From Laetmonice hystrix (taxonomy: Eukaryota), in assembly GCA_965235115.1 (NCBI GenBank), contig OZ249436.1:19222001-19286000 (forward strand): a stretch of DNA of 64,000 bases, in the 5' to 3' direction. The position numbers and the translations under genes are program-made. Shown here piece after piece: positions 13,614 through 27,501 of this stretch; position 1 is the stretch's first letter, and every line of letters begins with the position of its first letter. The notes below the pieces were generated by a model, which saw only the letters and a list, made by a program, of their open reading frames with translations, did no database searches and was not told the origin of the DNA.

Positions 13614-14981
13614 AAATATACTGATGCTGCGTTCATACTGCGGTTGACAAAATGTAAAATACCCTAATGGTTTCAGTGTAGTTGTGTCGGACACCTTGTT
13701 AAATATACTGATACTGCGTTCATACTGCGGTTGACAAAATGTAAAATACCCTAATGGTTTCAGTGTAGTTGTGTCGGACACTATGTTAAATATACTGATG
13801 CTGCGTTCATACTGCGGTTGACAAAATGTAAAATACCCTAATGGTTTCAGTGTAGTTGTGTCGGACACCTTGTTAAATATACTGATACTGCGTTCATACT
13901 GCTTGACCAAATGTAAAATACCTAATGGTTTCAGTGTAGTTGTGTCGGACACCATGTTAAATATACTGATGCTGCGTTCATACTGCGGTTGACAAAATGT
14001 AAAATACCCTAATGGTTTCAGTGTAGTTGTGTCGGACACCATGTCAAATATACTGATACTGCGTTCATACTGCGGTTGACAAAATGTAAAATACCCTAAT
14101 GGTTTCAGTGTAGTTGTGTCGGACACCATGTTAAATATACTGATGCTGCGTTCATACTCCGGTTGACAAAATGTAAAATACCCTAATGGTTTAGGGTAGT
14201 TGTGTCGGACACCATGTCAAATATACTGATGCTGCGTTCATACTGCTTGACAAAATGTAAAATACCCTCATGGTGTCAATGTAGTTGTGTCGGACACCAT
14301 GTTAAATATACTGATACTGCGTTCATACTGCTTGACCAAATGTAAAATACCTAATGGTTTCAGTGTAGTTGTGTCGGACACCTTGTTAAATATACTGATA
14401 CTGCGTTCATACTGCGGTTGACAAAATGTAAAATACCCTAATGGTTTCAGTGTAGTTGTGTCGGACACCTTGTTAAATATACTGATACTGCGTTCATACT
14501 GCGGTTGACAAAATGTAAAATACCCTAATGGTTTCAGTGTAGTTGTGTCGGACACCATGTTAAATATACTGAGGCTGCGTTCATACTGCGGTTGACAAAA
14601 CGTAAACTACCCTAATGGTTTCAGTGTAGTTGTGTCGGACACCATGTCAAATATATACTGATACTCATTCATACTGCGGTTGACAAAATGTAAAATACCC
14701 TAATGGTTTCAGTGTAGTTGTGTCGGACACCATGTTAAATATACTGAGGCTGCGTTCATACTGCGGTTGACAAAATGTAAAATACCCTAATGGTTTCAGT
14801 GTAGTTGTGTCGGACACCATGTTAAATATACTGATGCTGCGTCCATACTGCGGTTGACAAAATGTAAAATACCCTAATGGTTTCAGTGTAGTTGTGTCGG
14901 GCACCATGTTAAATATACTGATGCTGCGTTCATACTGCGGTTGACAAAATGTAAAATACCCTAATGGTTTCAGTGTAGTTG
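13614..14981. repeat. Minisatellite, 87-bp unit, ~16 copies
   Basis: aaatatactgatgctgcgttcatactgcggttgac...ggacaccatgtt tandem. Confidence 0.98.
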
Positions 14982-15062
14982 CTAAACGCCTGTATATGAA
15001 ATGATCGATGCCATAGATCCCTGCTTTGTGGTGAGCGGAACATTTATATGGGCGTCTTACAG

Positions 15063-15201
15063 ATTTACAAATTGGACGCAAGTCGTCAGCATGTTAGCAG
15101 CGTCCCGTGGTCTAACCCACCGGTGGCGGCCAGATGGAGGCGCCTCCTAGCGGACGCCGCGGCCACTGCTTACCCAGACTACAGCAGGGCGGAAGTGGCA
15201 G
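15063..15201 (+). CDS. Candidate internal exon (phase 0 to 1), unknown product
   Basis: tcttacag| acceptor and CAG|GTATTG donor; only one open frame, IYKLDASRQHVSSVPWSNPPVAARWRRLLADAAATAYPDYSRAEVA. Confidence 0.25.
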
Positions 15202-15760
15202 GTATTGGCGTTCACCAGCGGCCAACAGGAGACGAGCGTTGTTACCCTCTCTGACCGACTGAAATCCGCCCAGATAAACCTCCTCTGTAACTCCTGCCTT
15301 TGTACAAACAAAAACCCCCGGCGGCGTTGGCATCGCCAGAGCTCGCTGCCAGAGTTTGTCATCATTTAATCGGGGTTGTTGTCAAAAGTTGGGCCTCGCC
15401 CCATCTCTGTTACGGTCCATTCCTGTTACATTGATAGATCACAATATCCACGTCTGTCCGGAATGTAATCTTTCATTGCGAGTAATCGGCCCGTCCGAAC
15501 ACACGCCGAGTTTGAATGGGTACCGCGCAAACAGCGCGCGGGCCTGTTGGCGCCCGCCCTGAGATTTTCGATTTGGGCCAAATGACGGCCATGACACCGG
15601 GGGGCTCATTTGCTGCTATGACTCCGAGAGAACGCTATCTAAATGGTGGCCCGCGGTCAACCGTGCTACTTATTCCGATTGGCCACAGTAGGTTGGAGAA
15701 CCCTTTGGTCGTCATACAGGGAGAAACGTTATGACCACCGCTACCGCTATACAATCACGG

Positions 15761-16444
15761 CATCACCACATAATGTCCCCTTTAGTCCTAACATCTCTGA
15801 TCCAAACTACGCTAGGACTGCAGGCATTAAACCGCAACCATCACCACATAATGTCCCCTTCAGTCCTAACATCACTGATCCAAACTACGTTAGGACTGCA
15901 GGCATTAAACCGCAACCATCACCACATAATGTCCCCTTCAGTCCTAACATCTCTGATCCAAACTACGCTATAGGCCGGCAGGCATTAAACCGCAACCATC
16001 ACCACATAATGTCCCCTTCAGTCCTAACATCTCTGATCCAAACTACGCTAGGACTGCAGGCATTAAACCGCAACCATCACCACATCATGTCCCCTTCAGT
16101 CCTAACATCTCTGATCCAAACTACGCTAGGACTTCAGGCATGAAACCGCAACCATCACCACATAATGTCCCCTTCAGTCCTAACATCTCTGATCCAAACT
16201 ACGCTAGGACTGCAGGCATTAAACCGCAACCATCACCACATAATGTCCCCTTCAGTCCTAACATCGCTGATCCAAACTACGCTAGGACTGCAGGCATTAA
16301 ACCGAACCATCACCACATAATGTCCCCTTCAGTCCTAACATCGCTGATCCAAACTACGCTAGGACTGCAGGCATTAAACCGAACCATCACCACATAATGT
16401 CCCTTTCAGTCCTAACATCTCTGATCCAAACTACGTTAGGACTG
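15761..16444. repeat. Minisatellite, ~78-bp unit, ~9 copies
   Basis: catcaccacataatgtccccttcagtcc...attaaaccgcaac tandem. Confidence 0.97.
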
Positions 16445-16794
16445 TAGTTGTTGAATGATTGTTATAACAGTGCACTGCAATAGGAAAGGCAAAACGATTT
16501 GTCTCAGATCCGACCAGTTCTTTCATTATGTCATCTACTCAACCTTCTCACGTGAAAATGTGGTTTATATGAATCCGTTGTGGTCAACAGTTCTTTTATC
16601 ATCAACGTTGAGAGATTAACTGTAGCCGTTTCTCTGAGCCAGCTCTGTGCCGTCATTAGCGCTCGATCCTCGGTTACCCACTTAACGGTACCGTCACGCG
16701 GATTATCATCACGTGATGAAATCTCTCAATCTAATCCTCCCTCGTCGTTAATCCACCTCAACATTATTTCAAATGTTTCGTGTGTTCCCTCCAG

Positions 16795-16904
16795 AGGGCG
16801 CTGAGAGCAGACCACCCACCGAGCCATCCAGCCTCCAATCACAGCACTGCCTCATACAGAACGCTGATGACGTCCATTACGTCACGCGCAAGACGTCGCC
16901 ATTG
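16795..16904 (+). CDS. Candidate exon (phase 1 to 0), unknown product
   Basis: tgtgttccctccag| acceptor and TTG|GTAACC donor; GAESRPPTEPSSLQSQHCLIQNADDVHYVTRKTSPL. Confidence 0.22.
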
Positions 16905-17469
16905 GTAACCAATTCATCCAATGTAGGCTAGCGTTGCATAAGTGGTGGCTGAGCGCAGATTCGATCCAATCTAAGCTGATAATACGTATTACGGCCGTCA
17001 CGCCTGGATGGACACGCCAGATGTCACTATGTAAAAACCGCCGCCAGGAGCATGCTGGGATACCATACTCGACAGTCGAGCTCTAAACGGCAGATCTCCA
17101 CTGGCAACATCCCCGAAAGATTTGGTATAAGGCGTCAAAAATTATCACAGGCCAGACCGTAGCACTGGCCTTGGCCCTAGATCCCTTATCTTAAAATTTC
17201 GTGTTTTTTTTTTGTCATTGGGACCACACTTATCACGGGTCGTCACTCAAATCTGGAGACGGGCTTATGCTTCTGTATGAATGACCTTCAAATCTCAAAC
17301 TACAGGTGAATAACTGTAACGTAGAAAACCTGCCATGCTATCTTTACATCGTATCAGTTACTGTACACAGCTCCTCTCCAAAAACAAATTAACCTTCTAA
17401 AAAACTTTTGAAATCAATATAGACTCAAACCTATTGAAGGCAGATCCGACATCCGTCCGGTGTGCATAA

Positions 17470-18002
17470 TGTATCCGACCACACCGAGATACGTTAACCC
17501 TGCCTGTATCCGACCACACCGAGATACGTTAACCCTGCCTGTATCCGACCACACCGAGATACGTTAACCCTGCCTGTATCCGACCGCACCGAGATACGTT
17601 AACCCTGCCTGTATCCGACCACACCGAGATACGTTAACCCTGTCTGTATCCGACCACACCAAGATACGTTAACCCTGCCTGTATCCGACCACACCGAGAT
17701 ACGTTAACCCTGCCTGTATCCGACCACACCGAGATACGTTAACCCTGCCTGTATCCGACCACACCAAGATACGTTAACCCTACTGTATCCGACCACAACG
17801 AGATACGTTAACCCTGCCTGTATCCGACCACACCGAGATACGTTAACCCTGCCTGTATCCGACCACACCGAGATACGTTAACCCTGCCTGTATCCCACCA
17901 CACCAAGATACGTTAACCCTGCCTGTATCCCACCACACCGAGATACGTTAACCCTGCCTGTATCCGACCACACCGAGATACGTTAACCCTGTCTGTATCC
18001 GA
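17470..18002. repeat. Minisatellite, 35-bp unit, ~15 copies
   Basis: tgtatccgaccacaccgagatacgttaaccctgcc tandem. Confidence 0.98.
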
Positions 18003-18057
18003 ACGCTGGCTGTAGCGTTCACCCACCCCTCCAGAAGCCCCCTCCCCAGGTATTGCA

Positions 18058-18306
18058 GGGTAGGGTGACGGGCATGGGGTCACGGGCATGGGTAGGGGTT
18101 AGGGTCATGGCCATGGGTAGGGTTAGGGGTAGAGATTCGGGTCACGGGCATGGATAGGGGATCAGGTCACGGGCATTGGTAGGGATGGGGTAGGGTTGGG
18201 GTCACGGGTTTGGGGTCACGGGCATGAGTAGGGAATGGGTAGGGTTGGGGTCACGGGTATGGGGTCACGGGCATGGGTAGGGTTAGGGAAGGCGTTCGGG
18301 TCACGA
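18058..18306. repeat. Degenerate G-rich repeat (gggtcacgggcatgggtagggtt)
   Basis: Many closely spaced GGG runs, including telomere-like gggttaggg. Confidence 0.85.
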
Positions 18307-18307
18307 G

Positions 18308-19368
18308 CAGACTGCTGGCTTTGTTTCCACACCCATAAACAGACTGCTGGCTTGGTTTCCACACCCATAAACAGACTGCTGGCTTTGTTTCCACACCCAT
18401 AAACAGACTGCTGGCTTGGTTTCCACACCCATAAACAGACTGCTGGCTTGGTTTCCACACCCATAAACAGACTGCTGGCTTTGTTTCCACACCCATAAAC
18501 AGAAGAAACTGCTGGCTTTGTTTCCACATCCATAAACAGACTGCTGGCTTTGTTTTCACACCCATAAACAGAGGAAACTGCTGGCGTTGTTTCCACACCC
18601 ATAAACAGAATGCTGTCGTTGTTTTCACACCCATAAACAGACTGCTGGCGTTGTTTTCACACCCATAAACAGAGGAAACTGCTGGCGTTGTTTCCACACC
18701 CATAAACAGAATGCTGTCGTTGTTTTCACACCCATAAACAGACTGCTGGCTTTGTTTCCACACCCATAAACAGAGGAAACTGCTGGCGTTGTTTCCACAC
18801 CCATAAACAGAGGAAACTGCTGTCGTTGTTTCCACACCCATAAACAGACTGCTGGCTTTGTTTCCACACCCATAAACAGACTGCTGGCTTTGTTTCCACA
18901 CCCATAAACAGAGGAAACTGCTGGCGTTGTTTCCACACCCATAAACAGACTGCTGGCTTTGTTTCCACACCCATAAACAGACTGCTGACTTTGTTTCCAC
19001 ACCCATAAGCAGACTGCTGGCGTTGTTTCCACACCTATAAACAGACTGCTGGCGTTGTTTCCACACCCATAAACAGAGGAAACTGCTGTCGTTGTTTCCA
19101 CACCCATAAACAGACTGCTGGCTTTGTTTCCACACCCATAAACAGACTGCTGGCGTTGTTTCCACACCCATAAACAGACTGCTGGCTTTGTTTCCACACC
19201 CATAAACAGACTGCTGGCTTTGTTTCCACACCCATAAACAGACTGCTGGCGTTGTTTCCACACCCATAAACAGAGGAAACTGCTGGCGTTGTTTCCACAC
19301 CCATAAACAGACTGCTGGCGTTGTTTCCACACCCATAAACAGACTGCTGGCTTTGTTTCCACACCCAT
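18308..19368. repeat. Minisatellite with interspersed 32-bp and 37-bp units, ~32 copies
   Basis: caga(ggaaa)ctgctggc(t/g)ttgtttccacacccataaa. Confidence 0.97.
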
Positions 19369-20070
19369 CACAGGCAATCAATTCTTCTCGTCAGATCTCG
19401 GCCTATCTACGAGAGAGGCGAGCGACCTGGCACCAAGACATGTTTAACATCCGGTTTCGCTTTGATTCCGGCAACCAATCAAAAATCAGAGTTTTTTTGT
19501 AACCTTAATTAAAGTCGTGCAGTGAACACTCAGGTGAGAAATAACACGGCAGGATCAGCGCGTGGCTCAGTTCCACGCTCCCTCCTCTGCCCGCCTATAT
19601 CTACGGAGTGGGGCGATGGGTTTACAACATGGCAAATACAATCTACTACTTCACAATCTATCCCTACACCGCCGACGCTTCTCATGAACATATGAACAGC
19701 CACAATTCGATTGAGTATTGTAAGAAAGGTACTACACGACAAACAAGGTATTGACACTGTAATATTCTGTAACCATACTGGTCCGAGTGTAAAAACCTTA
19801 CCTGATATATATGTCATCATGATGAACACTCCGATCGCAATGTACAGGTATAGGATTGCCATGCTGCCGTCATCTAGGCGTCGTCAGATGACAGTTACTA
19901 TGTAAGCAGTAGCAAACATTGGCCGCCCCAAAAACACGCATTTGTCCGCGCCTCAACAGTACCTCCACCACCTGCTGCAGCGACATCAGAAGCCGGGTTT
20001 CCTCCCCCCGCGATGTGAAGCAATGATGTGTTGGCAATGTTTGTGAGGGCGGAGGGTTGACCGCCTATAG

Positions 20071-20486
20071 CCCGGTACTATACCCGACCCACTGACACCG
20101 TCTACCGGGCCGGAGAGAACGGCCGGCCGGCGGGGCCAGACCGGGCAACGTGCAGCGTGTGCCGGCAACACGAGGGCGTGCTGCACACGTGCTGCCACAA
20201 ACTCCAAGCTGGACACGTACTGTCCTATCTACGGTTCCTAACACCGACCCTCCTCTACCGACGTCTATACTCCAATGCATTGGTTAGTGGCCGGGCACGC
20301 CCCTCTCCCACAGGGCGACTCGGCCTGCCTTTCCCGCCGCCGCCTCCTCCGCCACTGCCGGGTCCTCCCGCATGGGGCGGCCGGCCGCTCGTCCGACCTC
20401 CGTCCGCTCCCGACACTCGGGCCCGGCCGTCGATCTCTACAAGCTCAGGGCACGGCACGGGGTGGCGACCCCGAATCGCCGCCTGA
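20071..20486 (+). CDS. Candidate GC-rich terminal exon, frame uncertain
   Basis: Open frame 20061-20486 (Cys/His cluster, then Pro-rich); weak tatag| acceptor; no homology recognised. Confidence 0.2.
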
Positions 20487-23400
20487 CCTGAGCACAATAT
20501 TCACGTACCTTCAACGTGACTGGTGATCCGGGAAACATGAAAATAAACAGGCGCTCTGAGATCACCAGTACTCAAACATCTAGGTACCAGCGTACCGTCG
20601 TCCGAGGGTGAGATGGTTAGATATAGAGGGTCGGACGGCCTGCAGACTCCTCACGGGAACAGGACGGTGGCCAGTCACCCCTCTACATACCACGTGACCG
20701 CCTCCCCCCGTCCTGCTGATATGTGATCCCAGCCTGTAATGATCACACACACATAGATGACACGGTAATGATGCCCAAATATTACAGCTCCAGCGATGAT
20801 GGCAGTGTAAGTATGTATGTAATGATACGTCCGCTGTATTCACACTGCGAACGTTCCACAGGGAGCATGTAATACACACACATGAACTCGGGCAAATTCA
20901 CCAAACGATGTGATGAGGTAGGACTAATTTCCTCTCGGGCGGGGAGAGAGGGGGAGGGAGGACGTTCACAGGTCCCTCCGGACCCTCACAGCGGACAGGA
21001 CGATGGCAGATCGAGCGTCCCTGACAGAGAGCACAGAATGACGGCGGCCGGGTATACTCCGTGTGAATCGAACGACGCCTCGTTCACGGTCACCTCTCGC
21101 CTAGTTATACGGCATCATCGCCAGTAATAAAGTCATGTGAACATGGACAGAAGGAAGTGAGAGATAGCCAAGGATAGTGACGACGTAAGGATAGAGACAC
21201 GGTGACGGACGTACAACCATCCGTGGCAGAACTACAACCGTTATCTTGGCGTTTCCACCTGCACCCACTTATCCTGGCGTTGCCATCTGTACGGTATCAA
21301 TGACCGTTTCCATCTGTGGGCTTACAACGACCATTACCTTGTTGCTGCTTCCATCTCCTAATAACAACCACTACCTTGATATTTCCATGGATGTTTCTCG
21401 GGTGTAAACATCTTCTCAAATCGCGGTTCACTTGCGAGCTGCTCCTGTTTCCATGACGTTGTCATCTGCTATTGACGATTGCTGTCCCGGTGTTTGCATC
21501 TGTTAACATCGTTCGCTATCCTGGCGTTATCATCTGTTGCAGTGAGCATCAAATCCAAGTTTTGTCCGCCTGCAAATATAAAAACAACACATTATCACAC
21601 TTGTAAAGTTACAGTCCTGTTATTGTTTCCATTTCGAGGCAGTTATCACGGAGACATGGGACGCGACGTTTTATGACGTTACGTCAAAGATATAAATAGA
21701 CGGAAGTGTACTCCAGGCAGGATGGTGGTGGAGTAAAGTCTCGTGACGACACATATTATAACCGGGCTTCCCAACTGCCTTTTCAAGTTCATGGGAGCAG
21801 ACATGACGTACACCATTCAGTGTCCTTCCCCCGTTTCTTACCATCCTTTTTCTGATCACGTAAAGAACGACGTTACATATATCTGATTACCGTAGGGGAT
21901 TTACCCGTAATTTGGAAACCCTTACGTTGGATTAAAGCAGCACACTGTTGCCCTGCATACCCAGCTTCCCAAATTCGTCTTCTCTTTTTACCCCGTTGCC
22001 CTTTTTAGTGAATTGTCTGATCATTACACCGCAGGGCAGTGATACCAGAACGAGGTCCCCGGAGAAATGATCATGTAATGGTGCCAGATGTTAGATCTAA
22101 GATTTACAATCTACTACTCTCTGTGATGACGTGTTAATCCCCACCCCGTACTGCAAAGGTTACAAATTACGCAGTGGTTGACAATGATATTCACCGCGTC
22201 CGAGACTGGGGAACAAAACCATTGAGGGGGTCATTCCTGTGTCTGCACGGTTCGCGTTCGTACACCACACCACTGGACTGAGCCACAAACCACTCGCAAC
22301 CGTTCGACCATTTCCGTCAATTTCCGACATGACGATCTCAGAAAGCGAGCACCATCACATGTAATTCACAACCGAATTCGTCTGAAATTTATAAATCTAT
22401 GTAAGGAGGCAATGAGCCTAAAATATTTCAAGCATCCAACTATAGTATTCGGTCCATTATAGCCTTTCTACATATATTGCTGCTGTATACAGTATTTGAG
22501 GGATGTAAGACGCACAGTTCTTGTGATTTGTATCCAATCCGAGGATATGGCCGACACGTTCCGGAACCTTCCGTACGGACAACACTTTACTTCCGGTCTC
22601 GAAGATATACGTTAATGACGTCATACGAGTGTTGCTAGGTAGAACCGGCCCTCGCAACGGTATCACCAACAACAATCACATTAGGGCCCTGTTCGAGACA
22701 ACCATAAACAAAAGGGTGGAGACAAACACGACAAACTGACATGTTGAAGGTCGACACGTCATGATCGCCGTCATTAACCCAGAAGGCTGTGGCCTGCCAG
22801 GCGGGCGTTCCTGACGACGACCAGCCACTGGGGCACAAATCCACTCTCCTCACACAATGTTTGACATGCTGTAAAACGCCACCGATCAAACGTTCTCGTA
22901 CTCGAGTTGGAGTTAACCTCGGGGGACGCTGGCGTTCTGACACGCCATGACGCAGCGTTCGGGGCACCGTGGGAACCGGATGTAGAAGCAGGGACGCGCG
23001 TGATTACAAAAGGAGCCATTCATACAAGGACAACAGTAGAACTAACGGCAGCAGGGTTTGCTGAGGTAGAGGTTGCTCCTAACAGAGCCGGATGTCTAGT
23101 CGATCGGCAGTAACTGGCAGGGTCCCAAGTTCACCAGGTTCCCGGAGTTGTGTGTCCCCCCTCGGCGCCACTGTGACGCAATAGCTCCAACTGCTCCAAC
23201 AAGTGCATTACCCGGGCGGCGGTGAAAGGAGCGAAATATGATGACGGTTCGAACCCGTTACAACGCGAACACGCCGGCGGGCAGGTCGACATGGGAGATT
23301 AAAGAGAAAACATGACACGGCACTCGCATCACTACCCGGACGAATGTAGGCACCGGCGCTGAATTCATTACCCTCATCAAAACTAGAAGCAAATACTTTG

Positions 23401-23817
23401 ACAAAGAAATAATATGTACGGCTACTTCTCATCTTAATAATCGAGGCCTAATTAAAAAGGTGGATGGTTTGGGCACAAGGATGGGTCTATCGCCCATTTT
23501 TTAATACAATTGCCTCGTTATCCGCCAAAGCGGTCCTTCGGAGAGACTGTATGCAGGGAACATTAATTTCTGGGAGGTTTACAAACTAATTACACGCCCC
23601 AGTCATCCGGGGCACATAGATATCAGTCGTCAATATCAACTACTGAGCTCCCAATGTATTACGTATATGTACACAGACACATGTAGATCAGAATGTATTG
23701 GACTCGTGCACTGAGGTTATTACCCGCAAAAATGGTACACAATAGGACCAGGCTAAATTATACGACGTGTTATACGTCTGCAGGGTAATGTACATGTTGT
23801 AGACTTGTATTGCCAAT

Positions 23818-24372
23818 CTGGCACTAGGAGGGGTGGTCAGGTACTGTAGGCATTGCTAACCTGACACTGGGAGGGGTGGTCAGGTACTGTAGGCATTGCT
23901 AACCTGGCACTGGGAGGGGTGGTCAGGTACTGTAGGCATTGCTAACCTGGCACTGGGAGGGGTGGTCAGGTACTGTAGGCATTGCTAACCTGGCACTGGG
24001 AGGGGTGGTCAGGTACTGTAGGCATTGCTAACCTGGCACTGGGAGGGGTGGTCAGGTACTGTAGGCATTGCTAACCTGGCACTGGGAGGGGTGGTCAGGT
24101 ACTGTAGGCATTGCTAACCTGGCACTTGGGGTGGTGGTCAGGTACTGTAGGCATTGCTAACCTGGCACTGGGAGGGGTGGTCAGGTACTGTAGGCATTGC
24201 TAACCTGGCACTGGGAGGGGTGGTCAGGTACTGTAGGCATTGCTAGCCTGACACTGGGAGGGGTGGTCAGGTACTGTAGGCATTGCTAACCTGACACTGG
24301 GAGGGGTGGTCAGGTACTGTAGGCATTGCTAACCTGACACTGGGAGGGGTGGTCAGGTACTATAGGCATTGC
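23818..24372. repeat. Minisatellite, 43-bp unit, ~13 copies
   Basis: ggcactgggaggggtggtcaggtactgtaggcattgctaacct tandem. Confidence 0.98.
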
Positions 24373-24483
24373 CGACTTGGCCTGGGAAGGAGTTGACAAA
24401 CATTTATACCTTAACACCTTAGTGTACAGGCTATACGGCAATAAACCTAGAATTTATCGTGCGTCCCCAAGGCGGGAAGCAGG

Positions 24484-24771
24484 TGTGAAATGAATGGATG
24501 TCTGCCAGAATGGAGGTCCGCCAGACCTGGATTCCCTGGTTATCCAGGTCCTAGGTCATCAACTTCGTGGCGTAAGACAATATAATTAAGAAAATACAAG
24601 TGGATTAGGGTTAAGGTTAAGATTAGGGATATGATTATCCTATGAGGAAATATTTCAATAATACAGCATGACGGATTTCAAGTTCTAGGAATGCAGGTCC
24701 GGCGGACTTATACTTCAGGGATAGTAGGTCGATCGGACCTGCATGTCAGGGGGACCTGGATTTCTTTCACA
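24484..24771. mobile_element. MITE with TGT...ACA ends and internal gggtta-like core
   Basis: tgtgaaa...tttcaca ends; inverted ggtccgccagacctggattcc / ggaatgcaggtccggcggact; flanks cagg and ctgg (imperfect TSD). Confidence 0.5.
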
Positions 24772-26026
24772 CTGGCCATTGCCTGACCACCCAGCCCTTG
24801 TTGACGTGTAAGCTCGCCAGGATGTAGGTGAGAGCCTCCAGCACATATACAGGAGGAGATTATAGAGGCCTCCTCACCGATTCTATCCAGGCGGCAGCAC
24901 GTGTTTTCCCGGACACACACTAACACAATATGACATCACGTTTCACGCCGGTAACTATGCCTTCTGACACCCGCGGACAATATAGCGTGCGCTGCCTCCT
25001 GACGACCCGCCGTATCCGTAGCCATTCGATAAGCCATTGTTATCACTGCCGGTAGCCCTAACAGCACCCACTATTCGCGGCCCAAATACAATAGGATAAA
25101 CTGGGGCGAGGATGAGGAGGTGCCAGCCACCTGTTCTCCAAGTCCTGGTTACTTAGGCCGAAAATAAGGCGTGGGACGTGTAAGCAATATCCATATGTCT
25201 GCGACGAGAAGGTTGGTGGAACTGGGCGGGCTGACGATGGTTGATTGCAGGTCCGATAAATCCGTAATACTTACAGCTATCTCCGGGACACAGGGTGTTC
25301 GCTCAGTCGGGACACATCTTCACGTGACGATGAGCGAATTATTCCAGAGACTTCCATCCTGTCAGCGCCGCCAACGATATGGATACGACGAGACCGTTGT
25401 CTGCAGGTTACCAAGGTTACCAAATCCAATGTTCATGCTGACAACCACTGTGTGATATTATCCTGTCTTGTTCACGGCCACAGTACAATCCACCACTCGT
25501 CTAGCACATAGGATCCCCCGTCACCCCAGGGTATAATTGGCTTAGGAAAGCAGCTTAGAGAGGATGGGGGTATGCACAGGGCGGCGTCTACACAGTCGTC
25601 GGTCAGTTCTTGTCCTGGCCACCGTACGGTCAATGACACTGTTATATGTACGTGTAGTCCTTGAAGTTACGTACCGTCACGTCTGGCCGTCGTCAGCTGT
25701 CGTTGGCAGTCGGCGAGCACGTGGCTGGCGTTACAACCCGACCCGATGTTATCACCATGGAGAAGGAACGCTCTGGGCGGGCCTGGAGACGCTGGTTGTC
25801 TATCGGCAGGGGTCCACCCCCCGCGGAGGGTCACGGGTCACGGGGACCCGGATGTTAGCGTACTCCGGTATACGGCGTTCGTACGTGTACGGACGGTGAC
25901 GACACACGTGGTTGTTACGGCCGCGTCTCGCTAGGTGGAGTTATTTTCTGGTGAAGTGATTCCGCATGGAACTGTGTGCGTTGGTTTGTGTGTGCGTGGG
26001 TTTGGGTGTGCATACGTCTGGACCGG

Positions 26027-26275
26027 TCAGGGGTAGAGAGCTAGCCGTTCCTGTAGTTTACCAACGTGTCTCTGCTTCCACAGGCTGGAGAAGGGGGGCG
26101 GGTAGCCACTCCAGAACGGTTGTTGCCAGGAGGATCCCGCCAGTCGCCGGGGCTGGTGAAGGCCACCCAGTGCACGCGTTGCCACTAGTCTCCACAATAG
26201 CGTGTTGACTGGAGGAAAGCTGCTGGTCTCCAGCCCTGGAGTCGGTGGGATAACAACCCGGTCCCAGTCTGGAAC
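26027..26275 (-). CDS. Probable last coding exon of an uncharacterised gene
   Basis: aatttttctcggtccag| acceptor, phase 0, 82 codons plus TGA: VPDWDRVVIPP...QPFWSGYPPPFSSLWKQRHVGKLQERLALYP*. Confidence 0.55.
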   Translation of the reverse strand, partial: VPDWDRVVIPPTPGLETSSFPPVNTLLWRLVATRALGGLHQPRRLAGSSWQQPFWSGYPPPFSSLWKQRHVGKLQERLALYP

Positions 26276-27320
26276 CTGGACCGAGAAAAAATTCCTCGCC
26301 ACGCCCCCTCTGACGACTGCGGGTACCACTACACACAAATCCATTAATTCCTATTCACGTATTGATTTGTGCTTATTTCCCGATTGTAATGTGGAAAAGT
26401 CCACTCAGCGAATTAAATGAACGGTTATCCGCAAATGGTCGTAGTGCAGCCGTATGCAGTCTGCGCCATTGCCAGGCATTTTATCACACTGCTGCTAGTA
26501 GCAACAAGAAAAACACAAGGGAGAAACATCTTAGCTGCTCAAATTTCAACAGACTCTCAACATGAAGTTGACTATTAAACATAGCCGCTGTCAGCGGATT
26601 ATCTAAGTGTTATCTGTGAATAGCCGGCCGAGCCCATGCAGTAAGATAATCCGGTCTGCACCTAGGGCGTGGTAATTGTCCATTACTCCGAGTTATTCAG
26701 GTGGAAATCGATTAACAAACGACTGAAGACAAAGGAGAAAGACTTTATTAGCAGAGAATTATCACATTACCTAGCAGGGGAGGGGGGTATATTTGATCAA
26801 GGCCTAAAGGATCCACAGAATATCAGCGGCAGTAGATTATTCGGAATGAAGGGGAACGGTATGGCTGGAATGTGCTCGTGGAACCGCACTAAGAAGATGT
26901 GTTAGACCGGGTAGGCCAGGGCTGAGATTGCTCTGCGTACAACCAAGTTCGAAACCCTGCCGGAACTGCCCTTTCTACCAATCAGAATGAGCTTTCTAGA
27001 ATTTTCTGCTCTGTTTTAATTCTAGCAACAACTGTAATAAGGTCATAACAAGCTCTGCTGTACTTATAGCCACCTTGGTGGGGACGTCATAATTTGCTCT
27101 ACCTAACTTCAAACCACATCTGTAGTGACGTCATCGTTCTCCTACACTTTATACCACCCCTTTAGTGACGTTATTAAAGGAGACGAGCTCGGTCACTTCA
27201 AACCAACAACCACAACTGCAGTAACGCCATATATAACCCAGCCACACTTCAAACCTTCACTATATTGACGTCACAACAAGCGACGCTACAGTGAAGAACC
27301 ACTACGTACAGTGACGTCTA

Positions 27321-27501
27321 CACCACTACAGTAAGGTCATATCTAGCCCTGCCTTATTCAAACCACCACTACAGTAAGGTCATATCTAGCCCTGCCACAC
27401 TTGAAACCATCACTACAGTAAGGTCATATCTAGCCCTGCCTTATTCAAACCACCACTACAGTGACGTCATATCTAGCCCTGCCACACTTCAAACCATCAC
27501 T
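27321..27501. repeat. Minisatellite, 43-bp unit, ~4 copies with decayed flanking copies
   Basis: caccactacagtaaggtcatatctagccctgcc... at 27321, 27364 and onward. Confidence 0.85.

Noticed and set aside
17470..24372. CRISPR-like appearance of the 32-43-bp repeats
   Set aside because: Head-to-tail units with no unique spacers and no cas genes; eukaryotic context
26905..26965. tRNA or SINE-like B-box (gttcgaaacc)
   Set aside because: No cloverleaf or convincing A-box
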